From positions 96,001 through 160,000 of the forward strand of contig CAWJSJ010000004.1 of NCBI GenBank assembly GCA_963845565.1: a DNA stretch of 64,000 nucleotides, in the 5' to 3' direction. The notes beneath the pieces were generated by a model. The model was not told the origin of the DNA. It did no database searches and saw nothing but the letters and a program-made list of their open reading frames with translations. Below, one piece after another: positions 24,794 to 34,322 of this stretch. The stretch comes from an uncultured Methylomirabilota bacterium (GTDB lineage: Bacteria > Methylomirabilota > Methylomirabilia > Methylomirabilales > 2-02-FULL-66-22). The position numbers and the translations under genes are program-made. How positions within the stretch are numbered: position 1 is the first letter of the stretch; each line of letters begins with the position of its first letter.

Positions 24794-25753
24794 ATGCCGG
24801 GCTACACCTTGGAATTCGAGCGGCCAATTCTCGAACTCCAGACGAAGATCCAGGAACTGAAGCAGCTGGCACAGGACGAGCGGGCGGACTTCACTGCGGA
24901 GATCGTGCGCTTGGAGCGGAAAGTGGCGCGTCTCCAGGACGAGGTGTTTGCCAGCCTGACCGCCTGGCAGCGGGCGCAGATCGCGCGCCATCCGAGCCGG
25001 CCGTACAGCCTGGACTATATTCGACTCATGCTCACCGACTTCGTTGAACTGCACGGCGATCGCGGCTACGCCGACGACCGGGCCATCGTGGGCGGGCTGG
25101 CGCGCCTGGATGGCACGCCCTTGGTCGTGATCGGTCAGCAGAAGGGGCGAGATACCAAAGAGAAGCTGATGCGGAACTTCGCCATGGCCCACCCCGAAGG
25201 ATACCGGAAGGCCTTGCGCCTGATGCACCTGGCAGAGAAGTTCCGACGGCCGATTCTCACCCTGGTGGATACCCCCGGGGCGTATCCGGGGATCGGGGCC
25301 GAAGAGCGAGGTCAAGCCGAGGCGATCGCGCGGAACCTGCGGGAGATGGCGCACCTCCCGGTCCCGGTCGTGGTGGCGATCGTGGGGGAGGGCGGATCGG
25401 GGGGCGCGCTTGGTTTGGCCGTGGGGGATCGCATCCTGATGCTCGAATACGCCATCTACTCCGTCATCTCCCCCGAGGGCTGCGCGTCCATCCTCTGGCG
25501 GGACCCCGGCAAGGCCCCGGAGGCGGCTGCCGCCATGCGGATTACCGCCCATGACCTCCAGCGACTCGACCTGATCGACGAGATCGTTCCGGAGCCGGTG
25601 GGCGGCGCGCATCGGAACCATCCGGAGATGGTCGCCACGCTCAAGGAGGCGGTGATCAAGGCGTTCCGGGCGTTGCGCCAGGTACCGGTCGATGTGCTGC
25701 TGGAGCAGCGGTATCAGAAGTTTCGACGCATGGGCGTCTTCGAGGAAGGGTAG
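24794..25753 (+). CDS. accA: Acetyl-CoA carboxylase carboxyltransferase alpha
   Basis: LEFERPI, DTPGAYPG, GEGGSGGA, SVISPEG. Confidence 0.96.
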   Translation: MPGYTLEFERPILELQTKIQELKQLAQDERADFTAEIVRLERKVARLQDEVFASLTAWQRAQIARHPSRPYSLDYIRLMLTDFVELHGDRGYADDRAIVGGLARLDGTPLVVIGQQKGRDTKEKLMRNFAMAHPEGYRKALRLMHLAEKFRRPILTLVDTPGAYPGIGAEERGQAEAIARNLREMAHLPVPVVVAIVGEGGSGGALGLAVGDRILMLEYAIYSVISPEGCASILWRDPGKAPEAAAAMRITAHDLQRLDLIDEIVPEPVGGAHRNHPEMVATLKEAVIKAFRALRQVPVDVLLEQRYQKFRRMGVFEEG

Positions 25754-25936
25754 GGTGGGGAACGCAGAGCCACGAGCCACGAGACGAGAGCCGAGAGCGC
25801 AGGGGGGCGGGTGGCCGAAGCCGGAACGCGCGCGCCACTAATCGCCGACCCCCGAGCTGACCGCTGCCGTCTGACCTCTGATCTCTGCCCTCGGTCCTCT
25901 GATCGTATACGGCCCGATGCATCCGGAGGTGGAGCG

Positions 25937-26209
25937 ATGTTATTTATGGTGATCGAGCGATTCAAGAACCGCGATGCCAAGGCGGTATACCGACGATTCC
26001 GGGAGAAGGGCCGCATGGCGCCGGAGGGCCTGACCTACGTCGGGAGCTGGATCGAGGCGAACTGGGACCGCTGCTTCCAGTTGATGGAGTGCCAGGATGC
26101 CCGATTGCTCCAGCAGTGGGTGACCCAGTGGCAGGATCTGTGTGAGTTCGAGTTCGTCCCCGTCGTTCCATCCAAAGAGACCGTGGACATCATCACCCCG
26201 TTGCTCTAA
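25937..26209 (+). CDS. DUF3303-family protein
   Basis: MLFMVIERF...YRRF..KGR..PEGL.Y.GSW...CFQLMEC pattern; GGAG RBS. Confidence 0.75.
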   Translation: MLFMVIERFKNRDAKAVYRRFREKGRMAPEGLTYVGSWIEANWDRCFQLMECQDARLLQQWVTQWQDLCEFEFVPVVPSKETVDIITPLL

Positions 26210-26242
26210 ATCCCTCGCAGCCCGTGAAGGAGCGCCCCAACT

Positions 26243-27286
26243 ATGCCGACCCTGAAATGTGAACCACTCGAATCGTTGGCCTGCGACGTCTTCCGGGCCA
26301 TCACCGTTCCGCCGGCCGGCGCGGCCTGGATGGCCAAGCTGCTGATTCGGGCCAACCTGCGCGGGCATGACTCTCACGGCGTGATCCGGGTTCCTCAATA
26401 TGTTGCCTCCTGGAAGAAAGGGGAGGCGGACCCCAAGGCCGAACCGGTGGTGGTCCAGGATGGGCCGGCGACCGCGCTGGTGGATGGGAAGCGCGGGTTC
26501 GGACAGATTGTGGCCAGGCGTGGCATGGAGGTGGCGATGGCCAAGGCGGCCGCCATCGGCGTCGCCGCCGTGGGCGTGTACAACAGCAATCACATCGGCC
26601 GCCTGGCGGACTACACCGAGATGGCGCTGGAGCGGGACATGCTCGCCCTGCTTGCCGTGAACGCGGGCGGCGCGGGGCAGCGCATGGCACCGTGGGGTGG
26701 GCGGGCGCCGCGCCTCAGCACCAATCCGTTCGCGTTCGCCTGTCCCACCGGCAGCGCGGTCCCCATCAGCTTCGATGTGGCGACTACGGTGGCCGCGGAA
26801 GGCAAAGTGCGGCTCAAGCGCAACCGTAAGGAGCAGGCACCACCCGGATGGCTCATCGACGCCGACGGCAAGCCGACGACCGATCCGAACACCCTCTACG
26901 GCACGCCGGAGGGGAGCATCTTGCCGGTGGGCGGCCACAAGGGATACTCCCTGGCCCTGATGGTGGAGGTGCTGGGAGGTATCATGGCACGGGCGGGCCA
27001 CTCCCGCGAGAATCCGGGACCCGTCATGAACGGGATTTTCATGGTGGTGGTGGACATCGCCCGCTTCGTTTCGCCGCAGAACTTCCGGTCGGAGGCGGAC
27101 GACCTGATCCGCTATCTGAAGACATCTCCCCTGGTGCCCGGGGTGAGCGAGATCATGTACCCGGGAGAGCCCGAGGCGAGGTCGGAAGCGGAGCGGTTGC
27201 AGAAGGGCATCTTTGTCGAGGAGGAGACCTGGGGCCAGATCGTCCAGGCGGCGCGGGACCTCGGTGTGACGGTTCCGGCGGTCTGA
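26243..27286 (+). CDS. Ldh_2 (malate/L-lactate/sulfolactate-type) oxidoreductase
   Basis: GHDSHG, NHIGRL, STNP, GGHKGYSL. Confidence 0.9.
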   Translation: MPTLKCEPLESLACDVFRAITVPPAGAAWMAKLLIRANLRGHDSHGVIRVPQYVASWKKGEADPKAEPVVVQDGPATALVDGKRGFGQIVARRGMEVAMAKAAAIGVAAVGVYNSNHIGRLADYTEMALERDMLALLAVNAGGAGQRMAPWGGRAPRLSTNPFAFACPTGSAVPISFDVATTVAAEGKVRLKRNRKEQAPPGWLIDADGKPTTDPNTLYGTPEGSILPVGGHKGYSLALMVEVLGGIMARAGHSRENPGPVMNGIFMVVVDIARFVSPQNFRSEADDLIRYLKTSPLVPGVSEIMYPGEPEARSEAERLQKGIFVEEETWGQIVQAARDLGVTVPAV

Positions 27287-27288
27287 GT

Positions 27289-27360
27289 GACAAGAGCCGA
27301 CAGGGACAGGGACAGGGGGGTGAGGTCGGATATCCCTGTCTCTGTCGCTGTCGGTTTTTA
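27289..27360. terminator. Probable bidirectional terminator built from GACAGG / CCTGTC hexamer repeats
   Basis: GACAGGGACAGGGACAGG ... CCCTGTCTCTGTCGCTGTCGG followed by TTTTT, between convergent genes. Confidence 0.5.
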
Positions 27361-28740
27361 TCCCTGGAGGGCGGCGATCGGCCGGCCCGTGTTGTAGAGG
27401 CGGAGTTTCCGGTAGAGAGTGCGCTCCGCCAGGCCGAGCATCTTGGCGGCGGCGGCGCGGTTCCCGTTGCAGTGCGCCAGTGTGCGCAGGATGGCTTCTC
27501 GCTCCAGGTGTTCCAGCGTGATCCCCACCGGCAACCGCAAGCCTTCCCTCTGCTGTAAGGCCCGCACCGAGGGCGGGAGTTCCACGGCCGTGATGCTGGA
27601 CCCCTTGGCCAACACCACGGCGCGCTCGATGCAATTCTCCAGCTCGCGCACATTTCCGGGCCACGGATAATCCATGAGGAGGGCCAGGGCATCCTCCTCG
27701 ATCCGCTCCACCGGTTTTCGCAGCTTCTTGGCGAAACGCTCCAGGAAATGACTGGCGAGGAGCGGGATATCTTCGGTGCGCTCGGCCAGATCCGGCAAGG
27801 TGATCGTGATGACGTTGACCCGATAGTACAGGTCTTCCCGGAAGGTCCCCTCGTCCACCGCCGTCAGCAAATCCCGGTTGGTGGCGGCGATGAACCGGAC
27901 GTTCACTTTAATCGTCTGGTTGGAGCCTACCGGTTTGATCTCCCCCTCTTGGATGGTACGGAGGAGCTTCACCTGCATGGACAACGGCATGTTGGCGATC
28001 TCGTCCAGGAAGAGGGTCCCGCCGTCGGCTTCCTGGAACACGCCCGGCTTGCTGCTGATGGCCCCGGTGAACGCCCCTTTCATGTGACCGAACAGTTCGC
28101 TTTCCAGGAGCGTCTCGGTCAGCCCGCCGCAGTTCAAGGCCACGAAGCGGCGGTCCTTCCGCGGGCTCTGGGCATGAATCGCGCGCGCCACCAACTCCTT
28201 CCCTGTCCCGCTCTTTCCCTGGACCAGGACGTTGCTCTCGGTTCCCGTCAGGTTCTCCAGCAGCTGAAAGACCTCCTGCAACCGGACGCTCTTCCCGATG
28301 AGGTCCTTGTAGGTGTACCGCCGATCCAGCTCCTGACGCAACGCCTCGTTCTCGCGGCGGAGTCGGATCTCCTCCACGGCCTTGCGGGTCAGGTGCAACA
28401 GGCGGTCGCGGGTGATCGGCCGGGTAATATAGCAGAGGGCCCCCCGCTTGACGGCCTTGACCGCCGAGTCGATGGTCTCGTAGGCCGTGATGAAGATCAC
28501 CTCGGGCGGATCGGGCAGGCTGCGGATCGTGTCCAGCAGGACCAGCCCGCTCGTGTCGGGTAGCGATGAAGCGGTGAAGACCAGGTCCGCCGGATCCTGT
28601 TGCAGCGCGGTCAGGGCCGCCGCCCCGGTGTCGGCCGTCCGGACGCGAAAGCCGTCGGCCTCCAGGGTCTCCCGGACGAGGCCGCAGGCGTCGGGGTCGC
28701 TCTCCACCACGAGGGCACGTCGCTCGAAGGTCATGGCCAC
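27358..28740 (-). CDS. Sigma-54-dependent transcriptional activator (NtrC/AtoC type) with an atypical receiver domain
   Basis: GKSGTGKE, ESELFGH.KGAFTGA, FLDEI, WPGNVREL, Fis-type HTH. Confidence 0.92.
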   Translation of the reverse strand: MAMTFERRALVVESDPDACGLVRETLEADGFRVRTADTGAAALTALQQDPADLVFTASSLPDTSGLVLLDTIRSLPDPPEVIFITAYETIDSAVKAVKRGALCYITRPITRDRLLHLTRKAVEEIRLRRENEALRQELDRRYTYKDLIGKSVRLQEVFQLLENLTGTESNVLVQGKSGTGKELVARAIHAQSPRKDRRFVALNCGGLTETLLESELFGHMKGAFTGAISSKPGVFQEADGGTLFLDEIANMPLSMQVKLLRTIQEGEIKPVGSNQTIKVNVRFIAATNRDLLTAVDEGTFREDLYYRVNVITITLPDLAERTEDIPLLASHFLERFAKKLRKPVERIEEDALALLMDYPWPGNVRELENCIERAVVLAKGSSITAVELPPSVRALQQREGLRLPVGITLEHLEREAILRTLAHCNGNRAAAAKMLGLAERTLYRKLRLYNTGRPIAALQG

Positions 28741-28937
28741 ATCCGACTCCAGGTCACGGTGTTACCCCCGAGGGGACCGTGGGCGGGGAGCTCCCGCCGA
28801 TTGCGGGGTCGCCACGTTGCAGGATTTCCGCCAAGCGCACCGCGAATGCGGACCGAGGCAGCACTTCGTCGCAGCCTGCCTCGGCCGCCACCGTCCGTAC
28901 GACGCCGGTCGCGACGGTGCCATCCTCTCCCGCGCGG

Positions 28938-30155
28938 TTAGTCATGTAGTCGCTTCGGTACCTTCGGGGCCCGCAGTCGGTGGGCCGATTGCAGCCCCGA
29001 ACCGAGCAAAGGCCGGCAGTAGTACCGGAAGGCGTCGGTCACGTTGTTGCCCGCGGCATTGATGAAGTCGTCCGGCATGTGCCGCGTCTTGCCGGCGACC
29101 TCGTTCAATGGGACGAGGCGGTAGTCGACCGAATACTCCCCGATCCGCTGGATCGTGATGGACCCGTCCTGATTGTGCCAGATGGCGTACTGGGCGGCCT
29201 TTTCGCCGACCTCCCGCGCCTCGTGTTGGTCCACGTCCGACACGCAGCCGAAAAACGAGCGTTGCAGATAGCCGAAGGTGTCGGAGCGCACCCGCTTGAT
29301 GTTCAGCTTCTTGCGGACCATCTCGGCCAGCAAGTCCCCCAGGGCACCCGTTCCCGACAGCTGCACGTTGCCGTGGGCGTCCTTTTCCAGGGCCTCCATC
29401 GACTTCATCAGGATGGGGGTCCCCTGGGCGTCCTGGATGCCCTCCGAGGCCGCCACCACACAGCGGCCGAACTTGTCGTGGACCGTTTTCACGTCCCCCA
29501 GGAATCGGTCCATGTCGAATGGCCGCTCCGGGAGATACACCAGGTGCGGGCCGTCGTCCGGGTACTTCCGGGCGAGAGACGAAGCCGCCGTCAGGAACCC
29601 GGCATGCCGTCCCATGACGATGGCGATGTAGACGCCCGGCAGGGCCCGGTTGTCCAGATTGGCGCCGATGAACGCCTGGGCCACGAAGCGCGCCGCGGAC
29701 CCATAGCCTGGGGTATGGTCGTTCACCGTGAGGTCGTTGTCGATCGTCTTGGGGATATGAATCGCGCGAAACTCGTAGTTGGCCGCCTCGGCCTGCTCGT
29801 TCACGATGTGCACCGTGTCCGCCGAGTCGTTCCCGCCGATATAGAAGAAGTAGCGCGCGTCGTGGGCCTTCAGGACGCGGAAAATCTCCTGGCAGTATTT
29901 CTTGTCCGGTTTGTCCCGGGTAGAAAACAGCGCCGAGGACGGCGTGATGGCCACCTGCTCCAGATTGTGGGTGGTTTCCTGGGTCAGATCCACGAACTCC
30001 TCGTTGATGATTCCCCGCACCCCGTTGATGGCTCCATACACGCTGGTGACCTGGGGAAATTTCCGGGATTCGAGGACCACGCCAGCGAGGGACTGGTTGA
30101 TTACCGCAGTGGGACCGCCCCCTTGGGCGACCACGACCTTTCCGACGAGCGCCAT
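28938..30155 (-). CDS. pfp: 6-phosphofructokinase, predicted pyrophosphate-dependent
   Basis: QGGGPT, GGNDS (Asp at the PPi-specifying position), PKTIDND, MGRHAG. Confidence 0.88.
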   Translation of the reverse strand: MALVGKVVVAQGGGPTAVINQSLAGVVLESRKFPQVTSVYGAINGVRGIINEEFVDLTQETTHNLEQVAITPSSALFSTRDKPDKKYCQEIFRVLKAHDARYFFYIGGNDSADTVHIVNEQAEAANYEFRAIHIPKTIDNDLTVNDHTPGYGSAARFVAQAFIGANLDNRALPGVYIAIVMGRHAGFLTAASSLARKYPDDGPHLVYLPERPFDMDRFLGDVKTVHDKFGRCVVAASEGIQDAQGTPILMKSMEALEKDAHGNVQLSGTGALGDLLAEMVRKKLNIKRVRSDTFGYLQRSFFGCVSDVDQHEAREVGEKAAQYAIWHNQDGSITIQRIGEYSVDYRLVPLNEVAGKTRHMPDDFINAAGNNVTDAFRYYCRPLLGSGLQSAHRLRAPKVPKRLHD

Positions 30156-30321
30156 TGGTTCCTCCTCAGGACCGCGAACCGAACTGCTACGACCGACGAC
30201 GAATGCGACACATCGAAACCGCGTGTATTTCTATCACATCGGCGGAACGTAGGTAAAGCGGAAAGGCCGCCATGCGGGGTAGGAAGGCCCACCCACCGGA
30301 AGGTCCGCTCACCGCGAGGCG

Positions 30322-31014
30322 TCACTCGGCGCGGCGGAAGCGAAACTCCAGAGACGGCGTTCCGGCCAGATCCCGGAGGACGGCGACCAGGCGCAGGTCC
30401 TGGACCTCGGGAGCGGGGCGCGGGAAGTAGAGAAAACCGCGGACCTCCGCCCCGGGCTGGATCGGCCCCTCCGCCAGGCCGAGCGGGATGATGTCCCGGG
30501 TGTCGCTTCCCCAGGAGCCGAAGGTGACTCCCAGTCCGCCCCCAAAGGAGGATCTCCCGCCGGAGGAGCCGCCGAAACCCACCGAGGGTGAGATGCCGAC
30601 GCCGGATCCCGACCCGCCCCCATACATGGCCGCCACGTCGGCCGGGGGGATGGGCAGGTACTGGCGATTGGACTGGTCGAGGAGCGCGAAATCCTGACGC
30701 GCCGCCATCACCGGGCGCGTGCCGGTGTTTCTGAGCGTGATCTGCAGCGGGAGGACGGTGTCGGTGAGGCCGCTGGGTCGCGCCTTCCAGGCGCCGATCT
30801 CCACCGCGACGAGGAGGCCGGGGACCTCCTGCAGGATCGGCCCCGCCATGCCCGGCGCATCCGGGACCAGCGCCGGTCCGGCGCAGGCGCCGATATTCGC
30901 GCACACGAGGAGCAGGCCGAACAGGCGGCCTTTCCCCTTGACACGGTGGAGGCGGCCGAGTACGGTGGCGTCGAAACCGAGCAGCGGTCGGCGCGTCGTC
31001 AGTTGCGGTCGCAT
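30322..31014 (-). CDS. Hypothetical, probably a lipoprotein with a Gly-rich insert
   Basis: Hydrophobic stretch ending NIGAC; GISPSVGFGGSSGG...; I.PGAEVRGFLYF; start position uncertain. Confidence 0.55.
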   Translation of the reverse strand: MRPQLTTRRPLLGFDATVLGRLHRVKGKGRLFGLLLVCANIGACAGPALVPDAPGMAGPILQEVPGLLVAVEIGAWKARPSGLTDTVLPLQITLRNTGTRPVMAARQDFALLDQSNRQYLPIPPADVAAMYGGGSGSGVGISPSVGFGGSSGGRSSFGGGLGVTFGSWGSDTRDIIPLGLAEGPIQPGAEVRGFLYFPRPAPEVQDLRLVAVLRDLAGTPSLEFRFRRAE

Positions 31015-31072
31015 GTCATCCTCCGAGGTTACGCGGGTCGCGTGACCTTTTTTCATTTCCCGAGGGGGGCCC

Positions 31073-32419
31073 ATGGCCGAGATCATTCCGTTTCGCGCGC
31101 TCCGGTACGACCCGCACCGCATCCCAGACCTCGCGCAGGTGGTGACGCCCCCATACGACATCATCTCGCCCGAGGCGCAGGACCGGTATTACGCCCGGCA
31201 CCCGCAGAGTGTCGTTCGGTTGGTCCTGGCCAAGTCCGAGACGCAGGGCGGGCCGGGAGCCAGCCGGTACGCGCAAGCCGCCGCGACCTATGCGGCGTGG
31301 CGGCGCGACGGGATCCTTCGTCGCGACCCGACGCCAACGATCTATCTGTACGAACAGGAGTTCTCGGCGGGCCAGACATCCCGCCTGCGGCGGCGCGGGT
31401 TGCTGGCATTGGTCCGGCTTCACGAGTACGCCGAGCGGGTGATCCTTCCCCACGAGCGCACCTTTTCCCGCCACAAAGATGACCGCCTGCAACTCATGCG
31501 CGCCTGCCCCGCCAACCTGGAGGCCATCCTCGGATTCTACCCGGGCGCGAACCAGGCGATCGGTGCCCTTCTGGATCGGTATATGAATACGAAACCGGCG
31601 GTCCGCTTGGTGGACGAGGAGGGGATCGGCCACCGGCTGTGGCAGGTGGCAGCCCCGCCAGACGTGGTGACCCTGTGCGCCGCGCTCCGCGACCGCCCGG
31701 TCGTGATCGCGGACGGCCACCATCGGTACGAGACGGCGCTCACCTTCCGGAACGAGCGTCGGAGCCAAGACCCAACACCGGCGGCCGCGGCGGGCCACCG
31801 ACTCGACGATTTCGTCTTGATGAATCTGGTGTCGTCGGACGATCCCGGGCTGGTGATCCTGCCGACCCACCGGGTGATCCGCCGGCCGCCCGCACGCCGG
31901 GGGGCCGCGCTCGCCGAGGCCCTCGCAGGCCACTTCCGCATCGTGGTGTTTCCGCTGGACGCCGGCAACCCCTTGCCATCCCTCCAGGCGGCGTTAGCCG
32001 ACCTGGCGCGACGAGCCGGGACCGGCGTCGCCTGTGCGCTCTATACGGGCGGACACGAGATCCTCGTCATGGAACTGACCGACCCCACCGTGCCGCGCGC
32101 GTTCCTCGCCGAGGGGCGCGCTGCCGCCTACGCAGAACTCGACGTGGCAGTCCTCCATCGCCTGCTGGTCGAGGAGATCCTGGGGATTCCGCAGGCGACG
32201 CAGACCGACGATACCATCCAGTACACGCGGGATGCGTCGTGCGCGCTGGCGACCGTGCGGTCGGGCGAAGCCGCCGCCGCCCTCTTCCTCAACCCACCCC
32301 GCGTGGATCAGGTGCAGGCCATTGCCATGGTCGGGGAGCGCATGCCCCAGAAATCCACCTTTTTTTATCCCAAGGTCTTGAGCGGACTGGTGATGAGCCC
32401 GCTGGACGAGGAGGGGTAG
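31073..32419 (+). CDS. DUF1015-family protein
   Basis: PFRALRY, PPYDII, PHERT, IADGHHRYET, MPQKSTFFYPK. Confidence 0.9.
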   Translation: MAEIIPFRALRYDPHRIPDLAQVVTPPYDIISPEAQDRYYARHPQSVVRLVLAKSETQGGPGASRYAQAAATYAAWRRDGILRRDPTPTIYLYEQEFSAGQTSRLRRRGLLALVRLHEYAERVILPHERTFSRHKDDRLQLMRACPANLEAILGFYPGANQAIGALLDRYMNTKPAVRLVDEEGIGHRLWQVAAPPDVVTLCAALRDRPVVIADGHHRYETALTFRNERRSQDPTPAAAAGHRLDDFVLMNLVSSDDPGLVILPTHRVIRRPPARRGAALAEALAGHFRIVVFPLDAGNPLPSLQAALADLARRAGTGVACALYTGGHEILVMELTDPTVPRAFLAEGRAAAYAELDVAVLHRLLVEEILGIPQATQTDDTIQYTRDASCALATVRSGEAAAALFLNPPRVDQVQAIAMVGERMPQKSTFFYPKVLSGLVMSPLDEEG

Positions 32420-32461
32420 CCGGTCGGCGGAGCCCCGCGCCCTCCTCCTCGATCTCCCCGC

Positions 32462-33181
32462 TCAGCGAGGCAGTCCCGCCCCGGACGTCGCCAGCAGGTA
32501 GCCCAGGGTGTTCTGAATGAACAGATCCCGGTCGCGCATCCCGGCGATGTCGTTCAGATCGAAGGCGATGCCGATGACGCGGCCTGCGCCAACCGACAGT
32601 TCGGCGATAAGGGCGGAGGGGAACGAGCCGCCGCCTCCGCCGCCGGCTGCGGTGGTAGCGCGTCCGCCCCCGGGAGATTGGAGAATCTCGGTGGCGTCCG
32701 GGCGCGGGTTCATGTCGTTCACGGTCCCCACGGTGATGAAGCTCACGCCGGCCAGGATCGGGTGACCCGGCTGCAGCGCGACCGGCGAACGGAAGCCGAT
32801 GAAACGCCAATCGTTGTCCGACCGGATCTGGAACGGAATGATCGAGGCCACCGCCTGATAGCCGCCGCTGCCGAACGCCTGCGAACCCCCGGTGATGAGC
32901 AGGGCGCCGCCAGAACTGACGTACTCCACGAGGCGCTCCTGGAGCGCCTGCGGGAGCGAACGCAGGGGTGCGTTCGCCAGGACCAGGACCGCAACATTTT
33001 GCAGGGGCATACCGGCATCCTGGCTCACCTGGGCGCCGATCGCCTGTTGCGCCGCTGCGGCATTGATGAACGAGGGATTCCCAAGGGCGAGAATCACACG
33101 GGGCCCCTGGCCGGCGGGCGCGACGGACGCCAGGCCAAGGAGCAGGGACACACCCACCACAACCGCGAAACGGATCCGCAT
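32462..33181 (-). CDS. Secreted class I glutamine-amidotransferase-like (DUF1355-like) protein
   Basis: Signal peptide; L.EYV..GGALLITGG..AFG.GGY; HPIL; GAGRV. Confidence 0.6.
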   Translation of the reverse strand: MRIRFAVVVGVSLLLGLASVAPAGQGPRVILALGNPSFINAAAAQQAIGAQVSQDAGMPLQNVAVLVLANAPLRSLPQALQERLVEYVSSGGALLITGGSQAFGSGGYQAVASIIPFQIRSDNDWRFIGFRSPVALQPGHPILAGVSFITVGTVNDMNPRPDATEILQSPGGGRATTAAGGGGGGSFPSALIAELSVGAGRVIGIAFDLNDIAGMRDRDLFIQNTLGYLLATSGAGLPR

Positions 33182-33313
33182 CTGGTCCTCCTTTCCGCGC
33201 TCTCCGGTGCACGGAACATCTATTCTATCCTCGGGTCCACGACATGACTATACAGGGCCGCTGTGGCGAAGTAAAGGTCGTGGGCCGCTCACCGCACCTT
33301 CCGATGTTTCGCG

Positions 33314-33342
33314 TTGACTTTCCCCGTCCCCTTGGCTAGCGT
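33314..33342 (+). promoter_or_regulatory. Sigma70-type promoter
   Basis: TTGACT-N17-TAGCGT upstream of the HhH-GPD gene. Confidence 0.45.
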
Positions 33343-33369
33343 ACCCCCTGTGCCCGCGTCGAGGTACCG

Positions 33370-34077
33370 ATGCCATCTTCCGGTAAGCTTTCCCAGATCG
33401 CGTCCCGTCTCCGTCGGACCTACGGACCTAGCCAGCCACCGCGCCGCTGGGACAACCCGCTGGATGCCTTGATTCATACGCTGTTGTCGCAGGGCGCCAC
33501 CGCCACGAACTGCGAGCGGGCGTATGCGAATCTGCGCCGCCGTTTCAGAACCTGGGAGGCCGTCCGGGGAGCACCCCTCAAGGACGTGGTTGCGGTCATC
33601 CGCGCGGGTGGGCTGGCGAGCATCAAGGCGGTGCACATCAAGGGGTTGCTGGAGGAGATCTGGCGGGAGCAGGGCCACTTCGACCTCAGCTTTCTCCGGG
33701 ACGTGTCGGACGACGAGGTCCGCGCCTACCTGGGTCGGTTCAGGGGTGTCGGCCGCATGATGACCGCCTGCGTCCTGCTGTTCGGGTTGGGCCGCGCGGC
33801 GTTTCCAGTAGACACCCACGTCCTCCGCGTCTGTCGGCGACTGGGTCTTCTCAACGGACGACGGGCGCCGGAGAACGCGGAGGCATTCCTGGCGCCGCCT
33901 CTCCGGCCCCGCGACTGTCAGGCGCTCCACGGGCATCTGGTGGAGCACGGCCGCGCCGTGTGCACGGCCCACCATCCCGGCTGCGATCGGTGTGCACTGG
34001 CGGAACTGTGCGATTTCTCCCGGCGGTTGCCAGGGCCGCCGAGGACCGCTCGGCGGGCTCGTCCCCCGGCCGGATGA
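33370..34077 (+). CDS. Endonuclease III-like HhH-GPD DNA glycosylase with a 4Fe-4S motif
   Basis: LSQ, GVG HhH, PVDTHV.RV..RLG, C-x6-C-x2-C-x5-C. Confidence 0.85.
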   Translation: MPSSGKLSQIASRLRRTYGPSQPPRRWDNPLDALIHTLLSQGATATNCERAYANLRRRFRTWEAVRGAPLKDVVAVIRAGGLASIKAVHIKGLLEEIWREQGHFDLSFLRDVSDDEVRAYLGRFRGVGRMMTACVLLFGLGRAAFPVDTHVLRVCRRLGLLNGRRAPENAEAFLAPPLRPRDCQALHGHLVEHGRAVCTAHHPGCDRCALAELCDFSRRLPGPPRTARRARPPAG

Positions 34078-34134
34078 CGGCTCTGGGAGCGGGCTATGCG
34101 CGACGCCTTGCGCCGCGGTGCCGTGTCGTTTCTG

Positions 34135-34163
34135 TTGACAGGGGGTCCGGAATCTGGTAGGAA
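34135..34163 (+). promoter_or_regulatory. Promoter for tRNA-Gly
   Basis: TTGACA-N17-TAGGAA with TG extension, 11 nt before the tRNA. Confidence 0.5.
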
Positions 34164-34174
34164 AAGCGTCACTT

Positions 34175-34248
34175 GCGGGTATCGTCCAATGGTAGGGCAC
34201 AGGCTTCCCAAGCCTGGGATGCGGGTTCGATCCCCGCTACCCGCTCCA
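34175..34248 (+). tRNA. tRNA-Gly (anticodon CCC)
   Basis: Cloverleaf: acceptor GCGGGTA/TACCCGC, anticodon arm CAGGC-TTCCCAA-GCCTG, T arm GCGGG-TTCGATC-CCCGC, encoded CCA. Confidence 0.95.
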
Positions 34249-34260
34249 ATCGGTACCGGA

Positions 34261-34297
34261 AAGGGGCTTCGGGTGTCGCCGAAGCCTCTTGCTGTTT
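34261..34297 (+). terminator. Intrinsic terminator after the tRNA
   Basis: AAGGGGCTTCGG / CCGAAGCCTCTT 12-bp stem followed by a T-rich tail. Confidence 0.65.
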
Positions 34298-34322
34298 ATA
34301 GACCCCGCCCGATCGTCCGCGT

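Noticed and set aside
30222..30238. CRP/FNR-like site upstream of pfp
   Set aside because: Only one half-site (TGTGA) matches well; insufficient support.
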